This document shows positions 28,001-37,767 of a DNA stretch of 64,000 nucleotides, one piece after another. The notes below the pieces were generated by a model, which did no database searches, was not told the origin of the DNA, and saw nothing but the letters and a program-made list of their open reading frames with translations. The translations under genes were made by a program, and so were the position numbers. Source of the stretch: a virus (lineage: Duplodnaviria > Caudoviricetes). Numbering within the stretch: position 1 is the stretch's first letter; the number at the start of each line of letters is the position of its first letter. The stretch is from the IMG/VR virus record IMGVR_UViG_3300030433_002269, positions 1 to 64,000 of that record. One strand, written 5' to 3'.

Positions 28001-31000
28001 TGTAGGATTGTTGTTGTATCGATGCGTACCCGCTTTAGTCCAAACATAAACGAAATCGCCGGGTAGTGGCATAAATGGTGCTGCGGTATCAGGTTCAACT
28101 GGGTCGCTGTTAGGAGATTGAGGGTTAGAGCCTAGTGTAAAGGAACTACCACTAAATCCAACATAAGAGGCGTATCCCGCCTGTCCAGTGGCCGAAGTAA
28201 ATCTTAACCAACCATAATCTGGTAAAGTGGTAGGTATAGCACTAAAAGTGTTAATGATGGCAGCACTAGTCGAAGGAACTTCTGGTATAAATGAATCTAC
28301 TTCTAATTGGACCCAGCCATATCGGTCTTGTTTGTGCGCATTTTGCATAGAAGGAAGGAATGTGCCACCAATTGCTTTAAGCGGGTCCTTACCGGGGAAT
28401 GTGTTGATTGCTGCGGCAACAACTGCTCCTAACTCTTCTGCGTTTTGACAGCGGGTTGCATCGACTAAGATTACATTTTCATTACCAGTCATGTCCTCTT
28501 CTGTAGTAAAACTGGCAAGATAACCAGTCGCTAGTTGCCCACCAGCACGGAACATAGTTACATTTGGCTGAGCACCTGAACCAGACGCTAATCTGTTTGT
28601 GCTAATTGGGTGCTTAGGATTACGAGTATAGTGATTGTCAAGGAAATGACCTCCGGGGTGATAGCCACCGTCCATTTGCCAGACCATACTACATGTCCGT
28701 GTTTTGCTTCCCAAGGATGCACCTGTATAGTCTGTAATTACATAATCCATAGGGTGAGCATATTTAGGATAAATTAGAGGTGGAGTAACAACCAAACTCG
28801 TGTTGTAATATAATGCCTCTATATCTAAATTGCAATATCCTATACCAGTAGTAGATGTATAATTAGGAAAACCTTTCGTTGGCTCCCAATTCATCAAGAG
28901 GTTATAACCTCTAACATTTCCTATTAAGTAATCAGCAGTAGGTGGTAAAAACTCTTGTGCACCACTTCTATCAGGTCCACCTTGAGTAATTTGGTTAGGT
29001 AAATACGAATCGCCAAACGGCGAATCTATAGGAACTGCACTGTAACCATTACCGATAACTATCGAATCCATTGCCTGTGGCTCAAATGTAGCAGTATTAT
29101 GCGGGAATGACTGACCGGGGCCGTAAATCATGAACACAGTTTGGTCATTTTTCTCACCAGCAGCAGAGTATCTAGCGTGTGGGTGAGCAAATCTTAGCAC
29201 TATAGGGCTAGGTCGAGTACATATTGTACCCGAATAGGATATGCCTGTATGAGGTGCAGACTGACTATTACCAGTATCCATGTCGTAAGGTAACAATGAA
29301 TCTTGGTTGAAGAAAGGAGGATTGTTTTGTCCTCTATGTTGGTCTAAGTAAGGAGTTCCGGGGAACATGGCTAACATAGCGTTAGCATCGAGTAGGGCAT
29401 ATGCACCAGCGATTTCTCCTACATTCTGTAAACCAGCAGAACCTGTCGGACCACTAGAGTAAGGGTGAGTATAGAATTCAGTATAATCATTCTGAGTGCC
29501 GTCATTGATGTCAATAGTTACACCCGAAAAGCCACCTCCGAAGTAGAGTGGCACCCAGTGGTCAGGGCTATCTCTACCTCCTCTAAAGTAAAGGAATGGG
29601 CTTGACTTTTTACTACCGGCTCTGCGGACACCCTCTACCTGTATAGCATGAAGGTGGTCACCGTATTGACAGAATACAGGGTCAGGACCGGAAGAACCAC
29701 CGGGTCGAAGTTTAGTTTCGAAGTTTGCAGAAATTTCAACCTCATCGTATTTCAAACGAGTTTCCGGTGTAGTATGAGTATTATCACTTCTGACTACACC
29801 CCATTCAGTATCGTCTACATACATAGTAAATTTGTTACCCCAACTATTACTGTTAGCAGAAGCAGGTGTACATATCAAGAATAGATTAGTCCCTGTAATC
29901 AAATTCATATAATTATGATTGGTACTAGCACTACTATTATCAATTTGAATCATTGGGTTATTTACCATAGGTATGATATGGTCACCTACAAACTTGGTAT
30001 AGTCTTCTCCTCTCAAGTTTCTTTGCCACTTAGTCACATCCACTACATTGTTGTTAGTGTCGACTAATACAGGTGTTGCAGTATTCGCATTAGCACCACG
30101 ATACTTGGTGTTAATATGGAGAACTGTTTTGGGAATATAACCAACATCTAGGCGTGTATCACTATCGATTTCTGCCTCAGTCAGCCCACCAAGGTGGTCA
30201 GTGCCAACAGTGTCGGTACTCGCTCCATCTTGTAAGCCCCAATCGGGGGCACAACTAACTTCAAACAAATGTCTGAGAGGAAGAACTCTATGCTTGTCGC
30301 TGTGGGCTCTAATCCTAATTGCCGTATCACTAAGTCCCCAGTCACCCAAAGTTCTACCGTCAGGTGCCCAAAGATGAGAAACATCTAGTGATGTGGTTCT
30401 AACATCATTACTATTCGGGTCTTCCATATTGATAGCATGCTCTACTGCGGCAGCAATTACCTCGTCTGTTAGTAAGGTAGTGAAGTTGATTCTAGCACTG
30501 ATGTAATGCGGGGAAGCAGGTAAAGTACCTACACCCTTTACACCATAGAACTCATGGACTCCGGTGTTGTCATTATGGGTACGGCTAGTGTAATGGAAAG
30601 TCATACCTTGCAGACCACTAGCAGTAGAAAGTTGAATCATTCCAGAATCTGGGAAACCAAGGTAGCCTAGCATGTCTGGGTGACTGAGGCTGGTTGAAGC
30701 AGTGTCATAAGGTGCTGAAGAGAAAACAACTGTCAACTTACGAGAAGACCCTGCACCACTTGAAGTCGCTGCACAGTGTAAACCTGCAGCAGGGCTAGGA
30801 TAGTTGTTCCAGAGGTTGCCTTTGAATGGACTGGCGGTACCACCTGTTAGTTCCCCACAGACTTCTCCTTCTCCCACCATATGCTGACCAATTGTGAAAC
30901 CACCTTGTGATACATCCCTATCATCAAAGTGAATGACAATCTCATTATCTATTGTAGGTGGAAGCGTTGTGAGGTCATTGGCAAAAGGATACCCATATTG

Positions 31001-34000
31001 ACGGTAAACCATCCTGATTGTGTGGGAGCCGCCCCTGTGGTCTACCAGTCTAATACCATACAGTTGACTGTCACCAATAGCATTCTTTTGAACATCTTCT
31101 TCTGGAATGTATCCGTCAGAAGCAGTCTTTGCTATAGATATGTCATACATTGCTTCGTGAGTTCTGCTGTTATTACCGTAGATGTGGTTGAACCTATCAT
31201 CCTGTAAGTCCCTACCGAATCCCCACTTACCTGCATCTGGTGCCCATCCCGGGAAACCTGCTTGGGTAAATCCACCAAAGTTAATCCTAGCCTTGGCAGT
31301 TGTTCCGACCCTAAGTCCGTCTACAAGCGTAGAGGAAGGACTCTTTGTCTCAAAAGACTCGTCCATGACAGTGTTAGCATTGCGACCACTAGCACCTTCA
31401 TTAGTAGAGTCACTGGCAAGGTCAGTTACCGTGTATATTTCAGGTCCAAATTCTAAATTGTTTCTCAACGGCTCATCTACTTCTTCTGGTGGAAGGAACT
31501 CCTTTAGCGTAGTAATAGGAGCAAATGGCCTACCGAATCTATTGATTGGCATAGGAGCAGGGTGCATGTTTTCACCAGTTACTTCGTCTGGCTGACACCA
31601 ATAATTACGGAAACGGCCACCATGACCAATTAGATATTGAGGTCGGTAAGGAGTCTGTGCCTTGGAATTGTCCAACCATGTACAGAAATTGCGACCTTCT
31701 GCACCGGGAATAGTACTGTGAATGATGATGGAATAGCCTTTGTTACCGTGAGAATCCAAGACAACTCTACCGATGTGGGCCCTGACATAACCCATGTGGG
31801 TACCACGGTCATGGTTAGCAAAGCCCTGCTTGACATCCCAGAATGGCGCAGGGTCGTGAGTCGAGCCGGTTGCCGAGAAGTCAGCGTGTATGTGACTTGC
31901 AGTCGGGTCTTTTCGTCGGTTAGTGCTATCTGCTTTCACACCAATATGCGTGATGTCGAACCTTTCGCTCTCTCCTAAGTATTGGTCAGCAGGTCTGCGA
32001 GCATGACTCCTACCATTCTTGGCACCCGCTTGGTTGATTAATCTAACAACTTCATTTGCAGCGGCCTCTATGTCAGTTACGCCCTCTTTGAAACCTACTT
32101 CTCCTAAATCAACAGTCAGTCTTCTGACGAAATCCATCTTGGACCAGTGGTCTAAATGTTGCAATCTGTCTTCTTCGTGGTCTGATAAGTCCAATGCTGA
32201 TGCACGAATTCCTTTCAAAGCAAGGAATGCGGGTATAGCACGAGTTCCGTCAGGAGTATCAAAGAATGTTGAGTTTTCACGCTCTCCACTTGTTATCTCT
32301 GCGTGCTTATCCTTAGCAACTTCTCCGTCAACCACGGCCTCATTAGTACGAACCGGACTACCCGGTATACTGGTGCTAACCCGTGGGATATGGTCAGGTA
32401 AACCATCTGTTGCATTGGCATTCCAATCACTCTTGTGAGCCATTGCACCTTCCATGAATTCGGACTTTTCGATGCTGATTAGATTCTTATTTTGACTAGG
32501 GAACCCGGCTGCTACATCTAATCCAGTTCCAGAACCAGCAACCGCGTTGTCTACAACTCCACTGGTAGTAGATGGCTCATTTCCTAAAGTAGTAGCCTCA
32601 GCACTAGATTGGACCTGCATCCATAAGTCTTGGAAGGCAATAAATTCACGGTCATGACCTACATCATAAAGTAAAACACGAGTGAATTCTTCAGTGCTCT
32701 GATAAGGGTCGATATAAGCCACAACTGGTGCATTGTCAGCATCTAAGCCTAATGCTTCGTAATTTAGTTCGATAGTCTTATTGACATGTTGCACGAAATT
32801 CTTTGCAGTTTCAAGGCAGGTATTACCAATCAAGAAGTTCTCCATCGGGATTGAATCCCTAGGGTTTGCATCCATTATGCCTTCTCCACCGTTGAATGAT
32901 GTCCATACACTTGCTTCGTTTAAAACGCCTCTTGATTTACAGAAAAGGCCTTCGATTGCATGTGGGTTAGTATAGTGCATATTCATCCAAACGGTATCGC
33001 CGTCACGCAATCCACCCGGTGCATAAGGGTAAGACCAAGCCTTGTTTAAGAAGAAATCCTCTCTTACCTTAGGAAAATTAAAACCAGTTGGACTTTCGTG
33101 AACATCCCATAGGATAATTTCGTCACCTACTGAAGGGTTGAAACTAGCATCTATGTCAAGTAAAGGTAGGATGTTACCATTTTTAGTATCGTAGTGAGCG
33201 TATATGTAAGCGTTAGTGGTGCTATTGTAGTAAGCAACCCTGTAGCGATAATTAGCAGTGCCGCTGATATCATCGGGGAACAAACTAGCATCATCAAGTG
33301 TCAAGTTAGGCACTAAGTATTCTGTAACTTTGGCTCTTGCCCTACCTACTTGGATACGCTCTAAATGCGGATTAGTTGTTGGCCCTGCTCTAAACTCAAT
33401 AGCACTGACATACTGCTTGAGCCCATAGTCTACATTACCACCCTGAGTCATGGTGTTAGCACGGTCATAGTAGTAAGGTCGTCGTGATTCTAAACCAGCA
33501 CTAGGGACTAATGGGTTGTCAGATATACTTGCATAATCGCTATCTCTGTGACCATGTGCAGGTGTAAGCGATATACCCACCTGTAAGTCTCTAAGGAAGT
33601 TTTCAGAAAAGGCGAAACTATCAGCGTCTGAATCCGAGCCACCTGCGACCTGTAAGTAGTTGTTAGTGGTGTCCCTAGACTCATATATGACCCACTCATC
33701 AGTATTGATAAACGCCCTTCTGTATCTCAGGCTACCGTCGATTTGAGCAACTGTAGAGGCGGTAGTGGTGGGTATTGGGAATATACTTGCATCTTGGACA
33801 TACACTCTGCGATTGGTAGCATCATAATTCTGCGTAATCATTGTCCCTGTGCGGTGCTCGTTGATATTGAAACCATAAGAAAACGCACTGTGGACTTCAG
33901 GGTCTGCAGGTGCAATATCATCTGGCCTGCGACCTACAGGGTTAGGAGCCCAAGTATGAGCAGTATGGGTCGCATCTATGTGCAACTTCATACTGTTATC

Positions 34001-37000
34001 AGGCCCGGGGAAGATACCTAACTCGGGCTTGTCAAAGAAGAACTCTTCAAACAGCGGTATCTCTACCATTGCACGAGTGCTTGCATATTGGGTGCCCAAT
34101 TGATAATCATGAGTAACCGTATCTAGTGTTTGGAATAGACGGTCATTGATGGTCGTACCATCGTTACAGATGGCTTCTTCTGAAAACTTATCGTCAACAT
34201 GTAGGTTACTACCTTTAATCAAACCTACTCCACTGGTCCAATCAGCCAAAGATGCTACTTCTCTACCACTAGGTAAGATGTATTTCCCAGACCCGATTGA
34301 GCCAGCAGAGAAGGTAAATGTATCACCATCTTTAGAATCATATTCCGCAGAAGCAAATCTAGTCTGCTCACTACTATTGTCCTTAGGTAATGCGAAGTAA
34401 ACCTTACCCTCTTTGGGGAAGCAATATGTGCCCCAAGATTGAAGGTCAGTTGACTTGTTATTCAATGGGGCTACAGTAATGGTAGTGGTGTTGAAAGCAG
34501 TTACACGAGTAGCACAATCTCTACGAGTGCTCCAACCTAAACGGGCAGTAGGGCTCGGGTCCCAAGTTTCCTTAGTATTGATTGCACCTTGTCCCGGACC
34601 ACCAAGGGTCATAGTGACTACAGGTGCACCGGGCATGATTTCCTTGACTATGTGAGAATCGGGTGCCCCATCACCCTTGACATTGATATTAGAAGAGCCA
34701 AGGTCGCTAAGAAGGCCATGTGCTCTCATCATAGAGCGACCTTGTGCATCTTCAGAAAAGGAAAGAACCCTAGCCCTACTAACAAGGTTCTTAATGGATA
34801 CTGTGTTTGTTTGAGAAGCAAATAGATTTAACTTAGAAAGTTGGCTGAATCTTCTTCTGTCAGAAGGCTGAACGATTAGCCTAACGATATCGTTCGGTAG
34901 ATTCTTCTGGTCAATAATATCAAACACTTCGTTAACCGTAGTGCTTTGATTGACAGTACCCAAGGAAGTTCTGACAGGAGTAGGGAATAACTCTTCGTTG
35001 TCTAAGGTATCTTCGGTACTACCAGAGCCGATAGTAATAGATGTAATAGTGACACCAGTAATAGTCCCTAATTTCTTACCATTCATTCTATAGAGTGACT
35101 GACCGACAACAAATTTTGTAGTTGCATCCGTCCCATCTACTGTAAATGTAAGTGTCCCTGCTGGGAAATTACCGTTAACTAATACTCCAGTTCTAGGCCT
35201 GATATCTTGCACAGGCCTTTGTTTGATGAAGTTACCTTGGTCGACTAGATTTTGTTGGTCGGAGTTGGTGCGAGATAAAACTAATCTGTTAAACACAGAC
35301 TCGTGGTCCACTAAGTCCTCTCGGGCTAATGGAATTGGGCTATTGATTTGCTGAGGCTTATCACTAGAGTGAACTGGAAGATAATTAGCCGGAGCAAATT
35401 CGGATACTTGGTAATCAATTTCATAGGAATTACCTTCAGTGTCATCTCCATTAAGGTCGCCATCCTTAAACGGGAATATGGTCGGTTTCTTAAGTTCAAT
35501 AATACCACCGGGTGCGTGAACATTGAGAGCCCCACTGTCTATATCTGTATGAATCAAATCGATAATTCTAGTAGAGCCCGCTACAACTTTACTTACATCC
35601 GGTATGGTCTTCTCTACCAACAGTAAGTTGTTATTAGTATTAGCATGGACTAATACATCTGCAGTAGCCGCCTCTGTTTGGAAAGCCGATGTTGTTGCGC
35701 TACTAAATGTAATCGTGTTAGTAGCATAGGCTATAGTTGCAGTAATCGAATGGCTTCCGCCTAACTCACCGTTAATTGATATCTCGTCAGCCCTAAGCAC
35801 GGTGCCATCTGCACCGAATGCCTTCACGCTATTGAGTGTTAATACAGTGCCTCCTCCAGAAATACCTGTAGTGAGTCTGGCTGTAGCCTTGTGCTTAGTT
35901 ACTTTAGCAAGTGGGTCAATTGCATTATAGTGAACTTGTATGAAAGGAGCATAGTTGTAAGTAGCGAGGCTTGGCACTTCTAGTATCGCAATTCTACTTT
36001 CTTTAGAAGGAATGGTGTATTTCCTATCTAGTTTGTTTTTACCTATCAAGCCATCAATCGCTTTAAGTGAAAATAGTTCCAAGTTCAAATCCGAAGAGCC
36101 GATTGCTAGTAGCCCTCTTTTATCATCATCGATACCAGTCATTCCATTTTCTACAATAGTGGTAATTTTATCACTAGAAGTTACAGAGTGTATGTGAATA
36201 GGACCGTGAGAACTATAGGTAGATATTACAGAGTCAGCGGGCACTTGTGCCTTTATGTTAGAATGCTGCTCTGGGAAAACTGCAACTACTACATCAGAGG
36301 TAGCATCGAGTTGCTGCTCTACTTCTAACTGCTGAGGTTCCGGTAAAGTGCCCATGAAGGGGTGGCTTTTGACATGGTTTAGAGTGTGCCTACCTGTGTG
36401 CCCAATCAAGAAATTTTGACCCATATTACTAGTAGCAGAATACTTATTGTAATCGTCTAATACAACAGCCATACTCATAGAGAACATCAGGCCATGATTT
36501 TCGTATACACTCTCATCAATAATTACCTGACCTTGTCTGTGAGAAAACTGCGTGCCTGTGCCTGCGGACTGATAAGGTGTACCAGAGCCACCATCGACCA
36601 GTGCATCGCCGGTAACAAATACTGCTGTAGAAGGAGAGTGACTCATCAAGATTCCACGACGACCGTTAGTAGGACTTCCTCCAAAGTCGATGTGTATAGA
36701 TTCCACTGTGATGGTACCTGCGCTAGCATCTACAGCCATCAGTCTAACTCGCTCAGGAGATTCGTTGTTGGGCTTTCCTGTAACGCTATCATAACCTAGT
36801 GGATTGATTAGCATATTGTAAGGGACCTGAGGAATGTTAACTGTAGTTTTAGAGCCTGAAGTAATCTTGTCTACTTTGTATTGACCTACACTGTAAGGAC
36901 TTTCTGTGAAATTCATCGCTGTAAGTCCACTTCTACCACTAAGTTGGTCTACTATTGATTGGGCAACTGTAGTACCTACCGATATAACCGATGCAGATGT

Positions 37001-37762
37001 GCTAGCAGTAAGAGCAGGTAAATCAAGTGTCAATGTAAGAGGAGTAACAGGCTCTTCAAATCTCCAAAAACCAAGAGTATTTTCTGTCTTTACAGGACCA
37101 TAAGGTGCAGAAGCAGATTGCTTTTCACCTACCGACCAATGTATGGCCTCCATCGTACCTCTATACTCTCCACCTCTTCCACCGAGGAAAATACGAGAGC
37201 CGACTAACAGTAATTCTTGCTCTTCGTCAAACTCGTGAGAAGAAACAACATCACCATTTATCAAGAGGGCTAAACGGTTACGGTTGAAAGTCACCACTAC
37301 ATTGAGTAGTTCTCTGTGACCATCATTAAGTGCAGTAATATCATTACTATTGCCGTCTTTTGCCAAGTAAGAATTGTGTATATCAAGCCCTGCTCTTGGG
37401 AAAAGTATGCCATCCCAATAAGCCACATCGCCATTAGGGTCATAGACAGGTTGGGCGCTGGATATGTTGTAGACATTCGCTACACCAGAGCCCTTTTTCT
37501 GAAGTCGGCACTCAAATGTAGCAGGGGCTGGACTAGAAGGCGAGCCGACACTCAACCGGAACAAGTTCTCGTATTCTATGACTACTCCGCCAGCATCTGG
37601 AATAATCCAACTTTCTATTGTAAATGAATTAAGTGACCTTGGAAGTTTACTACGGTTGCTCCCTTCCTCCGATTGCAGAGATACCCTTGTAGGGGGCACT
37701 AGCACAGAGTCGCTGATTCCGTTAAATTTCAGTGCATATCCCGGGTCAACCATTAATGTCAT
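22079..37762 (-). CDS. Giant 5227-aa virion protein with N-terminal LamG/concanavalin-like domain (putative adhesin / tail appendage)
   Basis: Uninterrupted 15.7-kb ORF; ALKFNGISD...FTIESWI...YRGTMEAI...FWRFEE LamG signature; recurrent beta modules. Confidence 0.75.
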   Translation of the reverse strand: MTLMVDPGYALKFNGISDSVLVPPTRVSLQSEEGSNRSKLPRSLNSFTIESWIIPDAGGVVIEYENLFRLSVGSPSSPAPATFECRLQKKGSGVANVYNISSAQPVYDPNGDVAYWDGILFPRAGLDIHNSYLAKDGNSNDITALNDGHRELLNVVVTFNRNRLALLINGDVVSSHEFDEEQELLLVGSRIFLGGRGGEYRGTMEAIHWSVGEKQSASAPYGPVKTENTLGFWRFEEPVTPLTLTLDLPALTASTSASVISVGTTVAQSIVDQLSGRSGLTAMNFTESPYSVGQYKVDKITSGSKTTVNIPQVPYNMLINPLGYDSVTGKPNNESPERVRLMAVDASAGTITVESIHIDFGGSPTNGRRGILMSHSPSTAVFVTGDALVDGGSGTPYQSAGTGTQFSHRQGQVIIDESVYENHGLMFSMSMAVVLDDYNKYSATSNMGQNFLIGHTGRHTLNHVKSHPFMGTLPEPQQLEVEQQLDATSDVVVAVFPEQHSNIKAQVPADSVISTYSSHGPIHIHSVTSSDKITTIVENGMTGIDDDKRGLLAIGSSDLNLELFSLKAIDGLIGKNKLDRKYTIPSKESRIAILEVPSLATYNYAPFIQVHYNAIDPLAKVTKHKATARLTTGISGGGTVLTLNSVKAFGADGTVLRADEISINGELGGSHSITATIAYATNTITFSSATTSAFQTEAATADVLVHANTNNNLLLVEKTIPDVSKVVAGSTRIIDLIHTDIDSGALNVHAPGGIIELKKPTIFPFKDGDLNGDDTEGNSYEIDYQVSEFAPANYLPVHSSDKPQQINSPIPLAREDLVDHESVFNRLVLSRTNSDQQNLVDQGNFIKQRPVQDIRPRTGVLVNGNFPAGTLTFTVDGTDATTKFVVGQSLYRMNGKKLGTITGVTITSITIGSGSTEDTLDNEELFPTPVRTSLGTVNQSTTVNEVFDIIDQKNLPNDIVRLIVQPSDRRRFSQLSKLNLFASQTNTVSIKNLVSRARVLSFSEDAQGRSMMRAHGLLSDLGSSNINVKGDGAPDSHIVKEIMPGAPVVTMTLGGPGQGAINTKETWDPSPTARLGWSTRRDCATRVTAFNTTTITVAPLNNKSTDLQSWGTYCFPKEGKVYFALPKDNSSEQTRFASAEYDSKDGDTFTFSAGSIGSGKYILPSGREVASLADWTSGVGLIKGSNLHVDDKFSEEAICNDGTTINDRLFQTLDTVTHDYQLGTQYASTRAMVEIPLFEEFFFDKPELGIFPGPDNSMKLHIDATHTAHTWAPNPVGRRPDDIAPADPEVHSAFSYGFNINEHRTGTMITQNYDATNRRVYVQDASIFPIPTTTASTVAQIDGSLRYRRAFINTDEWVIYESRDTTNNYLQVAGGSDSDADSFAFSENFLRDLQVGISLTPAHGHRDSDYASISDNPLVPSAGLESRRPYYYDRANTMTQGGNVDYGLKQYVSAIEFRAGPTTNPHLERIQVGRARAKVTEYLVPNLTLDDASLFPDDISGTANYRYRVAYYNSTTNAYIYAHYDTKNGNILPLLDIDASFNPSVGDEIILWDVHESPTGFNFPKVREDFFLNKAWSYPYAPGGLRDGDTVWMNMHYTNPHAIEGLFCKSRGVLNEASVWTSFNGGEGIMDANPRDSIPMENFLIGNTCLETAKNFVQHVNKTIELNYEALGLDADNAPVVAYIDPYQSTEEFTRVLLYDVGHDREFIAFQDLWMQVQSSAEATTLGNEPSTTSGVVDNAVAGSGTGLDVAAGFPSQNKNLISIEKSEFMEGAMAHKSDWNANATDGLPDHIPRVSTSIPGSPVRTNEAVVDGEVAKDKHAEITSGERENSTFFDTPDGTRAIPAFLALKGIRASALDLSDHEEDRLQHLDHWSKMDFVRRLTVDLGEVGFKEGVTDIEAAANEVVRLINQAGAKNGRSHARRPADQYLGESERFDITHIGVKADSTNRRKDPTASHIHADFSATGSTHDPAPFWDVKQGFANHDRGTHMGYVRAHIGRVVLDSHGNKGYSIIIHSTIPGAEGRNFCTWLDNSKAQTPYRPQYLIGHGGRFRNYWCQPDEVTGENMHPAPMPINRFGRPFAPITTLKEFLPPEEVDEPLRNNLEFGPEIYTVTDLASDSTNEGASGRNANTVMDESFETKSPSSTLVDGLRVGTTAKARINFGGFTQAGFPGWAPDAGKWGFGRDLQDDRFNHIYGNNSRTHEAMYDISIAKTASDGYIPEEDVQKNAIGDSQLYGIRLVDHRGGSHTIRMVYRQYGYPFANDLTTLPPTIDNEIVIHFDDRDVSQGGFTIGQHMVGEGEVCGELTGGTASPFKGNLWNNYPSPAAGLHCAATSSGAGSSRKLTVVFSSAPYDTASTSLSHPDMLGYLGFPDSGMIQLSTASGLQGMTFHYTSRTHNDNTGVHEFYGVKGVGTLPASPHYISARINFTTLLTDEVIAAAVEHAINMEDPNSNDVRTTSLDVSHLWAPDGRTLGDWGLSDTAIRIRAHSDKHRVLPLRHLFEVSCAPDWGLQDGASTDTVGTDHLGGLTEAEIDSDTRLDVGYIPKTVLHINTKYRGANANTATPVLVDTNNNVVDVTKWQRNLRGEDYTKFVGDHIIPMVNNPMIQIDNSSASTNHNYMNLITGTNLFLICTPASANSNSWGNKFTMYVDDTEWGVVRSDNTHTTPETRLKYDEVEISANFETKLRPGGSSGPDPVFCQYGDHLHAIQVEGVRRAGSKKSSPFLYFRGGRDSPDHWVPLYFGGGFSGVTIDINDGTQNDYTEFYTHPYSSGPTGSAGLQNVGEIAGAYALLDANAMLAMFPGTPYLDQHRGQNNPPFFNQDSLLPYDMDTGNSQSAPHTGISYSGTICTRPSPIVLRFAHPHARYSAAGEKNDQTVFMIYGPGQSFPHNTATFEPQAMDSIVIGNGYSAVPIDSPFGDSYLPNQITQGGPDRSGAQEFLPPTADYLIGNVRGYNLLMNWEPTKGFPNYTSTTGIGYCNLDIEALYYNTSLVVTPPLIYPKYAHPMDYVITDYTGASLGSKTRTCSMVWQMDGGYHPGGHFLDNHYTRNPKHPISTNRLASGSGAQPNVTMFRAGGQLATGYLASFTTEEDMTGNENVILVDATRCQNAEELGAVVAAAINTFPGKDPLKAIGGTFLPSMQNAHKQDRYGWVQLEVDSFIPEVPSTSAAIINTFSAIPTTLPDYGWLRFTSATGQAGYASYVGFSGSSFTLGSNPQSPNSDPVEPDTAAPFMPLPGDFVYVWTKAGTHRYNNNPTDTSRDHMCQVHFNGLTDAVDRTKPIGALGWHGEAYSYMNSYQVLNPSLTGDVYPAGKGAWHPLLGFSPYGSAETCVGAPPPVGANDTPTALAGDHCVTGLSSRHLIAVTHESELPLIAKADRDGILCAGDWLELKATSTLANAGTVAWDTDKIHNKDRYVGPATAGPRVEAQIAPSTSIPSTDSDYPVVGGPATWWHAHVRPGHPSLQADSCLSPTGDLFWDEKVVPGSVFHEDFSTKGVKCEGVTNQDYYMDTTNGIYAFYKDKAAARNFSAEHVVWKRMDGGSLTMPGPSARGLGLMPWVKRKDGSEYKLVGEKILGNVRFSFETTNGAMFPIIQAQELSHPQIAEQHPFEVRNALAIPNEEMQFQSLLVTDDTGQEHRLEGGSPLGTVIYDFRHVSDRDVEGLAPALAGTGVSPNMKIRLPNPDEIPGNIIVRPGFDRIQAYQNETIGSGGLHHPSQGSLGIREMFDNEGAGPRLWPTWEINGWEHLSQDVKDTNVLTSAGLATGRSRISFPDSTNEGWSKHTNNNPLNTSYEPHDRSLYFHVTRMGISMTHRDDVDELDFDTNGADTITALTAPTPSVWEDASEKSGGRWFLRVYDPTTDKGVIASYESVSGNDFIDVVFAPDFAEFVKGKSGLKIVPSYYMPAGSTRFFAARRLRDHSEYSGASPDMKVIDYENLNAIKPYEDMIEPIMTPMPIPRMGHHYVTPTMALLPGHYAHPAYQRLYDLNQACRSSTVATLESGYDSTNILDKVPGRDPLIWFSGITAAFGPSDIHGGAFTLLTETKVKYEGYGIAASVGPGGTTNSQGGHALVMEAAAAYTLKDHFPDPMEVGAYQIVIQPNLFAQQLKGFHQNHSDATKAPSESGTKVTELTGQQVNTVVAIEHDTSATNGAFALILAEATMADVRGCEVIINEVILDMEPDAGSQFTNIPSLGLYNPLGVQETSSPSLTRRSLPYRPGMFISATPGYTSTIPWWGILHREGVNASGADKFKHLEWHKPDNYYEFCRASYGSVGAQLTLAGYPTTYLDIYEEHKRLRSLNPSCTVIGVDSAAHVIIVDNNDLFPVEPYYGEVLEYFNNGRRYTSGYNNRTGTNTYATLGHSTTFEGVTAAPSNKFWDFLVPGTVLRLSGPFDNRETGAVFTNSEVSAITRLLPQTMHGSRDTNSLHTPDAYLCLWHHNLGRPFTWYSDDSSRAFYDKTGGPDSPVTKKGFNSIPEHFETIHYHDFYYSASKGPFGLKMKWLSPPGSAGLSDDGTVYTATAIDADANLSHQGGTDESSNKFNFGGMWPSGSHGGGAVSRLETYGDSLIGWSGQTFDMDCIGYHDNTGIETRTYTQMTSSSDYARNYCFGYRFALRQAYNRPRWGPFVRGWDELPDANALLGYYHGPFVQQDGKTNGWDYVGVTGGILDKDFPTTYVGILERLTQVTALLNQDQLGRQVRYSDGRRHTAPFGCAVRTIRNASTVRRLYPGDASGKGISDLAEAHRYYMVDWWGNTRGEDVRRFPVRGFGIRPSWDPEDAYKDTWSTHRPSNTKLFGGDGTDAYQGNDNTDNNNGVNMSKVDWFNPPSALRVGDRGDGRGVRWPTVFNESMLMDVSEVVDATGLVLSHSTAQPNFGTGYVRPSNEKLQAGEVEKGISSRLDVESDDGLLKPEVMVGESIESKSGEFAGGQLAEPVGRDGMRIGLDVDTLGELNDGVHREYITMSTQAYSLHTDKEVGQRTNIRGAHDGGDRTLKDLDLTNQDFSAQPKSGVVKLSNAHAYWSLGGTYVMTWQQYAGSLSDEGWGKAGASSSSNPYQDSNHDSTKQKTNEKDSTIEFLFRPAQILDNSHAVLFRHPPATDYGPQSGSNYYRATSGGKYGLFLSDAPNARTGTPSAPPYAPVFDIDPAGSLTVPDSQGPKIPGVDVTGYDKKDITNPVARVVMSENTLEHFRADANRKSVDDDEGDYSVEPRYSQTLHPKGSKGDASYNTGDHSGE

Positions 37763-37767
37763 GTTTA

